This document shows, in pieces, positions 28,521 to 40,934 of a stretch of 64,000 bases of DNA. Positions within the stretch are counted from its first letter, which is position 1. Every line of letters starts with the position of its first letter. The notes under the pieces are model-generated. The model ran no database searches. It was not told the DNA's origin and saw only the letters and a list, made by a program, of their open reading frames with translations. The position numbers and the translations under genes were made by a program. Source of the stretch: Ramazzottius varieornatus (taxonomy: Eukaryota; Animalia; Tardigrada); NCBI GenBank assembly GCA_001949185.1, contig BDGG01000003.1, positions 1,276,725 through 1,340,724 of the forward strand. Direction: 5' to 3'.

Positions 28521-29602
28521 GGATACTTGCCAGGTGTGAGCTAAGGGCCTGAATTTGCCTGGGAACGTAATTCCGTAATTCCAAAATCTATTGATTATTT
28601 GGATTATTTTTTCAATCAGTCTGTTCAAATTACCGTATATAAGTACTACAGTAAAATACAGGCTAAACATCCATATAATCGTTTCGCAGATATGTTCCGC
28701 GTAAACAAGATTTCATAAGAGTGTAAGTGTGTGGATCTCATTTTCAAATTTGGCGACGTTTGAATCAAAAGAGGGGCCAACTCTAGAATCGAGAGTCAAA
28801 TTATAATAGAGAAAGCATGCCGAAATTTTCCAAATTTTGCTTCAGAACGTACTTTCGGGGGGATGGAACAAGGACGATAAAACAGAGCAAACTACTTGAC
28901 TGATAGCACGAACGATCGGAACGACAAATGACGCGTCAAGCAATGGCCATTTCGAGAAAATCGACTGGAAAAGTAAACTGAAGAGCGGGTTTTTATCCTA
29001 ATAGCACCTAAAGTCATTTCGCTCCATGGAACGGGGAAGAATGAAATCTTCCAGTATCTAATACCGCGGGCGGTTCGGCTTTGTTCGACCCTAAGACCGT
29101 GTATGGATATGACTGTCTGTGATGGCGCTGATGACCGACCCCCGAGCTTTTTGATGTACCCGCATAACATATGGGGCTGTCCAGGAAAAACTGCAGTTAC
29201 ATCAGTGTTGAGCAGTTATCGGGTTTTCGGTACACGGCAAAATAAAGTATTCCAGCTGTGCTTGCCGTTGAAGCATCGGTATTCTTCCAGATGTACCGTT
29301 AATACGTCCGGTGAAGCGCGGATTAATATGGGTTACTTGAGGTATTCGGTAAAACAAATTCTAAGCCGTTGAGAAACACCGCCAAAAATTAAATCGCTAT
29401 TCATAACAACTGTTACTCAACTAAATTCATTAGACTGCAAAACTGGAACATACGCTACATTTCCGTGCGGAAATGTAACGAGAGAGATTCTTGGATGTAA
29501 TTTTGTTGTACACTTTGCTGTCTATCAAGTCACTGCTTGTAAACACGCGTTCAGACTTTCCCGAGGGTGCAGGGGTAGACGTGAACTGCAGTTCCAGCCT
29601 AA

Positions 29603-31960
29603 CGAGGGGATTATGCCTGTCCCCACCTCTTTTTGGTCAAACTGTCCTGGCGGAACGAGAGAGGAGAGTCTCTTTCAGGATCTGAGCCATGAGCTAAATC
29701 CCGCGTCGATCCTGGAACAAACTACAGGGACTCGGGAGTGACGTCAAAAGTAGGGCGGTATATAAGCAGAGTAATGAACAATCAAGACTTGATTGTTCGA
29801 TGGTTGATTCGGTTGTTGATTGAGCCTGTGCTTCCTGCTCATCAAGTTTTCTGTTGTTTTTCAACCTTCTCTCATTTGCTCATTCATTCCTGCGCTTCTC
29901 TGAAATGGAATCCATCAACTTGCTGAATGTTATCAAGCTGCTGTAATGGGACTACAAACTGCACTACCGTATCGACGACTTTCCAAGCGAAGCTGACAGG
30001 CAGTTCAAGGACATCGTTAAAGGTAATCTTGCTGTGCACTGGAGCTCAAAAACAAAAAAGATACTAATTTGATTCGTAATCTTTCCTAGATTTCATCGAC
30101 TCGAAGATCACCCAAAGTGTTACTCCTGTGTATGCCGTTGAAGAAGACCTCCAGTATGATCTGCAGATCCGCGTCGAGTCATTTTCAAGATTACGAAGCA
30201 TCTGTTGTCCAGTGCAACCTGCTGAATGGCCGGAGTGAAGCTGACTTCGACGTTACGGAACCTGATAGACTGCTTGAGCCTGTTTCTAGCGGAACTGAAC
30301 CTTCTCCCCATGAGCTATACATCCCACGACTTCCTAACCCCAAGCTTCCAGTGGATCAGTTAGTCAACTTGGAGTACAAGAAACGTGCGATTACATACTG
30401 GAGAAACGCCGTGAAGAAGAAGCGTCTCACGTTGGCCACTGTTCGGAGAAGTTTTGGTAAAGTAACCAGCATACAGCAGCTGTACGACTGGGAAAAGCAG
30501 GTAGTGGAAGGCGGTTCCAGGCTGGACAAGTTGAAGGCTCTACGTTTGGATGTCGGTAAGCAGTTCTTCCTCGCTAAAAGGACAAGCAAGTGGTCAAGGA
30601 TTTGGACTTACGTCGATGGGCTCTCACTGCGAACGAAACGGTGAACTTGGCCGGTTTCACTGCTTCCCCAGACTGGATCGGAAAACTCAAACGGTACCAA
30701 CAGTTTTTGTGCTTCGATTTCCTTCAAAAACGAAATTAATATTTTCTAGATATTATGGGATCGTTGACCGGAAAATAACCAAGTTCATCATCAAGAAATC
30801 CATACAAGAAGCGCCTCACGTCAAGGAAAGTACTGAAGCCTGCGTTGCGCTTGTCAGATCAAGGATCGCAGAGTACGGGTTAGACTGTCTGTGGAATGCG
30901 GATCAGTCAGGCTTTGAATATGAGATGAGACCAGGAAGAACTTTGGAAACTGCTGGAGTAAAACACGTGGAAGCGATCACCCAGTCGGAGAATTCCATGA
31001 CACATAGCTACACTGTGATGATGGCGGTCTCCCCGGGCAGGCGTAAGTTTCCTGTTCTTTTCCTAACGCTGAAGGAAGAGAAAGGAGTGTTTGGTCCAAT
31101 CGTGTCGAGAACGATGTTCAAGGCTGATAATCGGTATGTCACTGCTTCGACATCCGGGAAGATGACCAAGAAGCTCTACTTACAGTGGTCAGAAAAAGTT
31201 CTTTTCCCTCATATGGAAGAGCGGTGCATTTTCTTGGCCGACGCGTGGAAGACCTTCACCGATCAAGATTCTGTGATTGAACTGAAACCGGAAGAGCTGG
31301 AGTACGAAATGCTGACCACCCCTCCGAAAGTTACCGGTCAAATTCAACCGTTGGATGTGTTATGCTTTAGGATGTACAAAGGCTGCTTCAAGAAGATATC
31401 CGACTTTGTCTTTTTGCACGATTTACCCGTTCAAGTGCATCATCGCGATGTGATTTTGAGATTGCACGCTTTGCTGTATCAACAGTTTCAGTCGCCCAGG
31501 TTCGAAAATTTGATAGCTGAAGCTTGGCATAAGTCGGGATATACCGACGAACGTTTCATGTATGTTAATCCAGCCAAGTTTATGTTTGATAAGCTGAAAG
31601 GCAGTTGTCTTCACGAGAACTGCAGAGACATTGTTCTTCTGGTTGGCGGGTGGTGCAAGGCCCGTCTTTGCTTCCATCACTTTTATGACGCTTATCATTT
31701 CTGTACTATCTATTTGCCGTAACAAGTTTGTTTACTGATGGGCTTCAGGGTTTGTTTGTTAGGTCTAACGTGGACCTACGAGACAGCACGTTTCTACGCT
31801 ATTGGCATAAATTTCTGACGTCACTCCCGAGTCCCTGTAGTTCGTTCCAGGATCGACGCGGGATTTAGCTCACGGGCTCAGATCCTAGAAGAGACTCTCC
31901 TCTCTCGTTCCGCCAGGACAGTTTGACCAATAAGAGGTGGGGACAGGCATAATCCCCTCG
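29603..31960 (+). mobile_element. Full-length Tc4/Tc5-type (IS630-Tc1-mariner, DD37D) DNA transposon, ~145-bp TIRs, TAA TSD
   Basis: TIRs 29603-29746 and 31816-31960 (CGAGGGGATTATGCC...); TAA on both sides; TNA target duplication is a Tc4/Tc5 property. Confidence 0.92.
29905..31722 (+). pseudogene. Inactivated intron-containing DD37D transposase
   Basis: WNADQSG / FLADAW-x-QPLDV with 37 residues between D2 and D3; C-terminal WCKARLCFHHF motif; premature TAA at codon 14 and a frameshift near 30580. Confidence 0.85.
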
Positions 31961-32949
31961 TAAAAAGTCTGTTGTTATAAGAACTAACACAAGAAATCAA
32001 GTCAGCATACCCACAGGCAGTGGGTGCACCAACTGGTCATGTATACGGAGCGCACATGGGCCCACTCATGTAGTAGACGTGCACGTTTGGCCTGTATTCA
32101 TGTTTACGCACACGAATCGATGGGCTTTTCGTTTCCACCAAGAACCGTGCGCAATTGTGGGGAAGGCAGACTGCGCTAGACTAATTTTCCGAGTTTTCTG
32201 CTGTACTTCCGGTATTTGCCGGCAAGCTTGAGCAGCCGCTGGTACAGGGTAATTACCTGAGATACCTCCCGTAAGGTATCCTTATCGCATCTCAGTACTC
32301 TGTCAAACATCGTTACTCCGAAATCGGTACCAGTTACAGGTATTACCGGACTGCTGCTTCCCGCATCTTCCGATTGCACTCTCAAGCCATCTGCCGGGTT
32401 CCAGAGTGACGTTCTTTTCCAGTTGATACGACGTTGTGCCTTGCAGCGTGATTCAGCTTCACAGCTGATCTCGCGTGCAAGGCCTGGTGCTGACAGCCTT
32501 CCGAACTTTGGTTGCTTCTTTCGCGGTTCAGAGCCGGATGTTTTCGCGAGACTTCCGTGTTCATACGGACTGAGACAGCTCCCCGTAATATTGATCCTTC
32601 ACCATCAGTGTTGCGGGTCCCTTATGTTAGGTTTAGACCCAGGTTCCGAAGCATTTGGGTAATCTATGAGGTGTCGAGGATCTTCTTGCCGGATGGTTCT
32701 TGTAAGTCGGATGTCTCTTCCTGTACCTCCTCCTCTTCATCTTTCTTTCAGGGATTTGTGGCCAGGGCACGTCAGGCAACGCCGAACCTGACTCGAGAGA
32801 TCGATAGCTTCTCGTGGGGTGTTACGCTGACTCCGTTAACACAGGGTAATACCGATACCGCGTCCGGCACTGCAGTTACATTTCGCTATGCCTCATGTTT
32901 CAGTTACACATCTGTTTTTTCTCGTACCTTGACAGCGGTCTGGCTCGAC

Positions 32950-33260
32950 TTCCTCCTACCATAAATTAGTCGCTGGCCATCCTTCTTTCATCCAGAGCTG
33001 AGGTTAAACTCAAACGTACAACGGGAAGAGACTCCATGATTTCCTCTAGTACGTTGAGTTTTAAAAGAACTTCCCTTCATATTCCTTATAAGAATTTTCT
33101 CAATGAATTACTTCCCAGCCTCGGCTCTGTCTTGGAGTATTACCCATAAGTTGCTTTCACTTCGTTGCAAAACGTTCGCGAGATCCAACGACCACAAAAT
33201 TTCTGGTGAACGCAGCTTGAAACTTATTGAATCCCCTATGTATTTGCGGAAAAACTGAGC
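32950..33260 (-). mobile_element. Possible degenerate LTR-retrotransposon gag fragment
   Basis: One minus-strand frame reads FNKFQAAFTRNF...KQLMGNTPRQ...YEGKF, interrupted by stops, loosely resembling Retrotrans_gag; weak. Confidence 0.25.
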
Positions 33261-35329
33261 TGTGGCACTGATATCGTTCGGTGTCACGCGTACGCTTGGA
33301 ATGTGCAGTTAAAATCAACAATCAAGTTAGACCCACGTCCTTATCTACCGAGGTAGGAGAACGCCACGTGACCCAACATGAATCAGTGAAATAGCAAAAT
33401 TGTTAGTCACGCCAACAAACGGTACCTCAGCACCAGAAAGACATTCTCGAGACCTGGAAGTCGGTGGATCGACTCGTGATCCGCGTTACATTTTCTAATA
33501 TTTATAACTAGAATTAATAACTAGTATTATTTTTCGGCGCAGTAAGCCAAAACATGAGATGACCCAAATTTCAGCGGGAACTGTCGTCGCAGAAAGATAC
33601 GTAAAAGGGTGTGCAGCCTACTTGGATGGTCCATCTCAAAGTGCAGCAGTGATCGGCTGCAGAGCTTGTGAAAACGTTCGACGCGCAATTGCGCGGAGAT
33701 GTGACTTTCATTGTGCGGTTGATTCATCCAAGCAAACAGAACAGCACGCTCTGGGCATTGACTTTTGCTCGAAGCTTCTACCGATCATGCGAGTTAGTTT
33801 CTTCTCCTTTTCCATCGTTTTGTTTCCAAATTCGCTGAGAGATACTGGATAAGTCGCGGTCGAAACTACGAAATTAAACGAGCGAAGGCTGAAAAATCTC
33901 GAACCAAATTGCAATATGTACCGTGGGTCGGTATACCTGGTTGGGCTTCTTGGTCACGCTATCTTTCAGTTACTTCGCGGATGAAAACCTTTCAAAACTT
34001 TAACTTCGCTTTCCGTTCGGTAACTCAATATTCCGCACGACAAGAATTTGGTAGATAATAGTACCGTACTCCAAATGGCAGCCAAGTGGTTTCACGAAAA
34101 TTTCCAAACAAATTCTTGAGGGGCGGGGGCGTTTCGACAGTTCAATTTGTTGTAGTCAACCATGCCGTTACCGGGTTTCGGTATCAGAAGCCTAGACTGT
34201 CTGGCGTGCACTGCAAGACACAGCAGCTTTTGCCTTAACGCCTTGCCTATCGATAAACGGCCAGCACAATTCGGGCAATGCATACTCTAGATCAATGTTC
34301 GTTGGCAAATCTGCTAGACCTGTATTTACTGACCGAAAGTAGACTTGTCTGGCGAGTATGCCGGAATGAGCCGTGGATAAAGGTCTAGAGAAGGACAATG
34401 TTGACTTATAAATCCAACGTGATTACTCGATAACTAATCGCAAAGGAAAGGCGCACAGCGATAGAGGCTGACCGTTGGAGAAATCTTCGGCTCAGTGGAG
34501 CTGACGGTTCATAAAGCTGAGAAAGATGGGGAGCCGTGGCGCTTCTTTGACGCGAAATACAAAAAGTCTGTCAAAAGACTGCATCAAAAGGCGCACCACC
34601 CATCAGGACGCTGACCGCTAGTGCCAAAGGGAGGAGCGTGAACCGTGGGTGTTCCTCGCGAAGGTCGGAGACTCAGAACTTGTTGTTCCAGGCTATACGC
34701 CGCCGTAACGACCACCAGCACCTGCGTATGACGTAAACACCGTGACTGCATTACGTAATTAGTGTCACTCAATGTTAAGCCAAAAAGTTCAGAGCAATAA
34801 GCAATATCGGAATTGGCTATGTGGTATGACGTCACAACCGACTGAGCCACCCTCCAACTTTTCCCATTGGGCGAAAACATTTGGCCGAAAATCTCCTTTT
34901 TCGCTTGTTTATTTCGCCAGTCTTGGAGGCAAAGAAGTAGGTAAACCACATTTTGTGTCATCCTCTTAACACTGAATTTGCAGTTCAGAATGCTGCGAAC
35001 TACCGCGTTTCATCACGAGTTTCGAACTCGAAGAAACGTTGTGCACGGCATAGCTATGAATGTGCTTTTCGCGTCCCACTAGAAGGTAATGTATTCCCTC
35101 TATAGTTTCGCGCAGTCACAAGACGCGCTAGTAAATTGACTCTGCCAAGGTTTTACCGTACAATTGGCTGGTTATCTGATTATCGCCTGTTTCCGTTCCA
35201 CTTTTTGCACGGTTTCTTGTTTCTGAATGTCTGAATCGAAGCATGTGTTAGGTTTCTTATCGCAACGGCTTGTGGAACTCATAGATATTAGTCACTCTGC
35301 TGAGGAAACGATCCGTCATGTCGGTGCCT

Positions 35330-36420
35330 TGGAAAGGTGGGAGGGAAGCCTTCGGAGTTATGCTCGAGCAATCGGAATTCCGGAATCGACACTGTGTGTT
35401 CGGAAGTAAGGACTGTCTCCACTTTTTCTCGGAACCACGAGTGTTCCTTCAATGAATTTTGCAATTCTTGGGTCGAACTGTGCAAAGAAGACGGTTCACC
35501 CTGAGCTCGACGAAGAAGTGTACAGCCGATATCGAGACCGCCTTTCAAACCAGCTCAAGACTTCGATTTGATGAGCATGCCTCTTGCCGTTGCTACTGAA
35601 AGAGGCGTACCGGGTGCAGGACTTCGAAAGAACGGGCACAAATGTTCACAAAATGACACGGAATTGTTCGGTGACTGGAATCTACAACGAAGATTGGCCG
35701 AAAGTTCGTGAAAACAGATGAAGACAAGGTGAGAAACGTGCTTACTACGGTATCCCACGTGACGGTATGAAAATTTTTCTTGAAGCATTGTTGCTCACTC
35801 TGGCATAACGATTTTTAACATCATGCGCAAACTAACTGGCCATTTGGCGTTTCTTTCTGCAGATCCAAGAGGAGGTTTTTCTACACAGCATTCTCGAAGC
35901 TGTCTTCATAAAGGAGTCTCGTTCTTACTGAATCAAGAACATGGATCGGACTTCCTTCAGACTGCAAAAGGGCTACAAAAAGATGTTGTATTCTAAAGGA
36001 GCAAAGGAAATTCCAGTAGTCCAGCTTCTAGGCGAACCAAGAATATCTGTCGGTTTGCCTCACAATCTGCGCCGACTGCTCAAAATGCCCTGCCTCCATC
36101 GTGTTTGAGGGCAACAAAGAGGCCGGAGAGCTTTCCTCAAGGATTCTGAACAAGTTTATCATTCCCGAAAACCTCCGTATCTACAATACTCGTTAGGAAT
36201 GGTGAAATTCCGTTTTGATCAGTTCTGGAGCGAAAAACTGTTCGACGAAAGACATAACGTTGGTACTTTGGTTCGGTATCGCGCACCAGCTCAAAATAGC
36301 TTTGAAAGTCAGGTCTTACTGCAATACCTTGACATCGAAGACGAGTTCATTCCAGCAGGACTCATAGGCACCCATCAACCTCTTGATGTAGGCGTCTCTT
36401 GAAGCCAGGCCGTCGAGTTT
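35330..36420 (+). pseudogene. Degenerate pogo/Tigger-like (HTH + DDE_1) transposase remnant
   Basis: Fragments in shifting frames: GSLRSYARAIGIPESTL (HTH), KGAKEIPV, CLTICAD...PASIVFEG, IPAGLIGTHQPLDVGV (QPLD motif). Confidence 0.7.
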
Positions 36421-36919
36421 GTTTTATGGATTTTTTTCCGCAAGCTCGGGAAAAATTAAGGTTTCTACAGCAGAAAATGCTTTCGTTGAAGCTCAAATCC
36501 TGCCAGTCTTTGCACGTATCAGCTACTCAGGAGGGATTTTGGATAGTCCTGATGAGTTAGACGCGTCTTTCGAGTGTAGTTCCACTTCGCTGCAAGATTC
36601 TTTCACAGATGACTACAGCGTTACTGTGCACGATGATCGACTAGCAAGTCAGACGAAGAGACTTTTCTGTTCCCGGCGGTTTTAGTTCACTTACGTGTAA
36701 TATGACTGCGCGAAACCACGCCACAGCTCTTCGGCAAAGTGTGCCACCACCAGAACCAGCTAACACCCGGGTGTTGGCAGTTGGTAGTTTTCCGAAACCA
36801 GGTGCCCACTTACCGTTCCGGTTTCGAACTCCTCAGACTGCCCTGGATGGACTCAGACGAATTTACCCATAAGTACGTAATCAGGTAATCAACCTAACCG
36901 TGTGTGATACTGCACATTA

Positions 36920-37220
36920 ATGCTCGACTGATTGACAGCTGACCGTTGATTGGCCCGTCTGCCGCGTGCTCACTACCAGGGACGGATTCACGCGTACGAC
37001 TGTGTAGAGGATCGTACATACTGAGGATCAGAGATCCTATCAGTTGATCTTCCCCCGTAGCGGGATGATCGAAAGCGGATCTTAACTTTCTAAAACGGCC
37101 AAGTTGACCCGCCTCGCGAACTAACAACTATGGCCGTAAAAGAATCCATAAAAAATGTTGGATGGGTTGGCCAGGAGGCTAAAAGTACCACCCATCGGTA
37201 GATGAGACAGAGCTTAGAGT
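36920..37220 (+). repeat. Single diverged arm of the foldback repeat family at 39628-40194
   Basis: GAGGATCAGAGATCCTATCAGTTGATCTTCCCCCGTAGCGGGATGATC...AACTTTCTAAAACGGCC matches the reverse complement of 39740-39850. Confidence 0.7.
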
Positions 37221-38294
37221 CAGGAAAAGACAAGAAAACGTGGGTGGATACCAACAGGTATTAATTCAGACGAATAACGAAGCGGATAGCCACTCTGAAA
37301 AGCTGACTGGTCGTGCAGTAGACATTTTGGGGTCGAATGCTTATCATTTCGACTTTCCGTACTCGTATTGTTAAAGGGATGGAAAGGCGTGGAAACCCAG
37401 GCTGTCGGATGGCTAGACAGAACAGTGTCAAGACAGAGACGGCTCGGTTTTTCTCGAACCATTTGGTACCTCTCAGGTGACCATATCGTCATTCAACACC
37501 GAATATGACTGGTATTTGGTTTGATTGCTTTCGGAGTCGCAACGGGAATAAGATCTGTTTTTGACAACTAGTTTCAGTGACGATTACAAAACCAACTGAA
37601 AACGAAGACTATCTGTCCTAATCTCACCAAACTAAATCTGTCCCCTTGACCTCAAAGAATGGCTTCGAAAACCGGTAGTCCAACAAAAGCTCAGAGGTTG
37701 TTCAGTAGCCACAGGCTACTGAGCAACTCATGGCCAGATCACTCGAAGCGTCGAGCCGGAGCCGTTGAACGATCGACCGACATAGCCGTAGCGACCCTCA
37801 TTAAAACGGACACAGATACTGCGAACTGCACACGCAAAATAACTTCAAAATCCCGACCCGGACCCGGAAGCAGTCCGGAGAGGTACTGCAACGATCACGC
37901 CTGTCTTCTGGGTTTTGTGGAAACTGTTATCTTTTCTTGGACATGAACGGACCAGGAAAATACGAATCCAGCAGATTCGCCACGGACCATTAATCTACAG
38001 TACGCGCCGCCCCTTCTTGGTCGACCATTGATCGACAAGCAAGGCATTGATCACCGCTGTCACACTTTATGCCACATCACAACGCTCGGGAAAATTTTTA
38101 TCCAAAGCCTAATATGTGTACCACCATACAGAAACGAGCGGTATATTGGTTTCATCAAAGCGTTCCACTACAAAAAGTTCCAAAACCTTCCCTGAACCTG
38201 GGAAGATTTTCTTCACCCGGTTCCCTGATGATTCTGGGCTGCCCTTCGGGTTTTTGTTGTTTGTCGAGATTCCCGAGTTCTTCCGAGCAGGAGC

Positions 38295-38360
38295 CCCCCG
38301 AAGGGGCAAAGCCCTGGAAAATCCCCCACTCACATGACCTATGGTGCCTAACGGAGCCTC
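38295..38360 (-). repeat. Transposon-end-like repeat, inverted partner of 28457-28520
   Basis: GAAAATCCCCCACTCACATGACCTATGGTGCCTAACGGAGCCTC. Confidence 0.7.
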
Positions 38361-38471
38361 TGGAATGGTCCTTTTCAAATCTGAAAACAGTTGCTTTGAT
38401 ATTTACGTCTCCGAAGCATGCCAGCTGCGCATACTTGTCTGACAATACGTTTTTACTGGAAAATCGCAGTG

Positions 38472-38727
38472 CAGCCCGGTCGCTCGAAATGTGTACAAAC
38501 GCCTTCGGTTTCAGTTTAGGGCCTGCTGAACATTCACCGAACAGCATACCAAGCTAAGGTCTGAAAATTACGTCACACATACGTTACACCATGCTTTGAC
38601 AGGGGTAATCAAGTAACCAAGTCGCACATCTCCTTCTGTGTGGGCATGGTGAGCAGTGCCGTTAACTATGAATGATTTTCATGGCCAGAATTCGAAAATT
38701 TTGTACACATTTCGAGCGACTGGACTG
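38472..38727. mobile_element. Tc1/mariner-type MITE
   Basis: CAGCCCGGTCGCTCGAAATGTGTACAAA ... TTTGTACACATTTCGAGCGACTGGACTG|TA (28-bp imperfect TIR). Confidence 0.7.
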
Positions 38728-39627
38728 TAACATCCTATTACTCACGGCCTTATCGTTGGCCACGTGATTGCACCGTGCATCTGTTTTAAAATGCGATTAC
38801 GATTACTTCAAAGTTCAGACTCATGTACTTGTGATGACGTTGTGGATCTTTCATTAACCAACGGTGACCATATATTTTGGTTTGCGGCGACGTTTCTACT
38901 TGGATTGCATTCCAAAAAAATATGACACGGACAGATAGCGCCATCTTTTTACGGTACGACAGACTATAGCTGTTATAATCATACTGTCATTCGTGACTTT
39001 GAGCGCTGGCGTTCTTCGGCTAGACCCCTAGACCTGCAGACCCGGAAAAACTGTTTCAGTGAGACAACTCACTCGCTGAACATAACATGTTCGAAATGAA
39101 AGCAGATGACTATCTTCTTGATACGTAATGTGTGACAGACAGCTGGACTATTGACCCATTGACAAAACGGAAGGCCTTGTTCGATCTTGCCTCGCAGCTC
39201 GCTGATTGCTATATCATTGTCCCGCATTTAAAAGTCCGTCAATGGCAATAAGGTGAGTCAATGCACACCGTCAGTACGGTTTCGACGCCTCACAGTTCTC
39301 TAATGACGGTACTAATGTAAACCACAATAGCAAAGTTATTTTTACACTAAGCTCATAGAAAACTCATTCCAGCGCACAGGGATAACGCACAAAGAAATCT
39401 CGATGCACGCATTAACCTCGAGGCCTGAATGCTCTAGATCTGGGCGTGATGCTTCATGGCACTCGCTGGCTACGTCAAAATACGCGCCAAATATTTTCAC
39501 GTCCGAGAATATCTCCTAGCACTGCCCTGATAAATGTTTCGCGCGTATGCTGACAAGGGCTTTACGCCAGTCGGTCAACTCCGTTCCTGAAACAATTGAA
39601 GTAGAAGGACAAAGAAAGTTGTCTCTC

Positions 39628-40194
39628 TAAGCTCTGTTTCACCAACATAGACCCCAAGACTTTCCAAAAGGTGAGCTTCCTGCAGACTATTTCTTCCCAG
39701 ATTTGGCTTTGAATGTTCAAACAGGTCGATCGGCTATCAAATGGCCGTTCCAGAAAGTTGAGATTACTTCTTGATCATCCCGCTACCGGGGAGGATCAGC
39801 TGATGAGATCTTTGATCCTCGTGATGTAGGACCCTGTACGGAGTCGTACACGTAGACCAAGCCTGGGTACACGCGTGCAGCTGTTCCAGTCAATCAAGGT
39901 GTATTTGAAATCAAAATGGGTAATGCCTCTTGATCAGACGATTAAGGATTGAAACATGCAACGATAACGACGATTCAACCGCCTTGGCTGTTGTCCCGGT
40001 CATTGATTGTCTGATTAAGTGGCATTACCGATTTTGATTTCANNNNNNNNNNNNNNNNNNNNNNNNNNNNNNNNNNNNNNNNNNNNNNNNNNACGAGGAT
40101 CAAAGATCTTATCCGCTGATCTGGGCAGAAATGGTCTGAAAAAAGCTCACCGTTTGGAAAGTCTTGGGGTCTATGGTTGGTGAAACAGAGCTTA
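39628..40194. mobile_element. Long foldback (palindromic) element spanning the assembly gap
   Basis: Three nested inverted-repeat pairs: 39628-39678/40143-40194, 39794-39822/40093-40120, 39906-39948/40000-40042. Confidence 0.75.
40043..40092. other. Assembly gap (50 N)
   Basis: Run of N. Confidence 1.
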
Positions 40195-40355
40195 CAAGCC
40201 AAGATAGATGTATCGGCGGCACAATTTCCTGGATGCCACTGTACAATTCGGGAACACGGGAACAATTGCTGTACGGTGGCGTACATTATTACAGTAGTCG
40301 GCTGAAGGCTTTTAAGCGACTGGACTGTATTGTAGAAGTGAGAATTATCACTGTA

Positions 40356-40534
40356 CACGCACGACGAGAAATTATGGAACAATAAAAACGTTCCGGTACG
40401 GCGGTACGGGAGCCCGTACGTACGCGACCGATTTCCAGTAATACACCTTTCGACACTTTTCTACGGTCGCATCTCCATTCTGCCGCCCGCCTGTGCCATA
40501 ATTTTCACTGTCCCATAATTTCTCATCGTGCGTG
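40356..40534. mobile_element. MITE, family A
   Basis: TA|CACGCACGACGAGAAATTATGG...CCATAATTTCTCATCGTGCGTG|TA. Confidence 0.8.
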
Positions 40535-40934
40535 TATGGAGCTCGAAAGCTGCAATGTAAAGTATGATACAAAAGGATGATATTGTACATGAAAATACGT
40601 TCGGGCATATTGCACCTACCCATGATCATATGCGTGCCGCGAGCGATTAAAAGCTTTCATCTCGATCAATTTCGACGGGATTTGATCTCTACACCGTATC
40701 ATCTTTATCATCGTCCCAAGATGATCAGTCTTTGCACTCAGCGTTAGTGCCTGCTACCTGCATCTCATAACTGGGTTGCGGTACTTAAGTTCGCGAACAT
40801 CTAGTCGAGTTCCTTATAAGCAAGTAGTCGAAAGCGAGGGAAAACTCAACCTCAAGATTTTCCGAGTCTCGCATTAGCCACTCGAAGTGCCGGTGTACTG
40901 TAGTTTGCACTTTTCGGCTGTTTCACAACCGACC

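Noticed and set aside
33600-33800. CSVCLDE...FHKLC PHD/RING-like fragments on the minus strand
   Set aside because: Split across frames with stops; too degenerate to call
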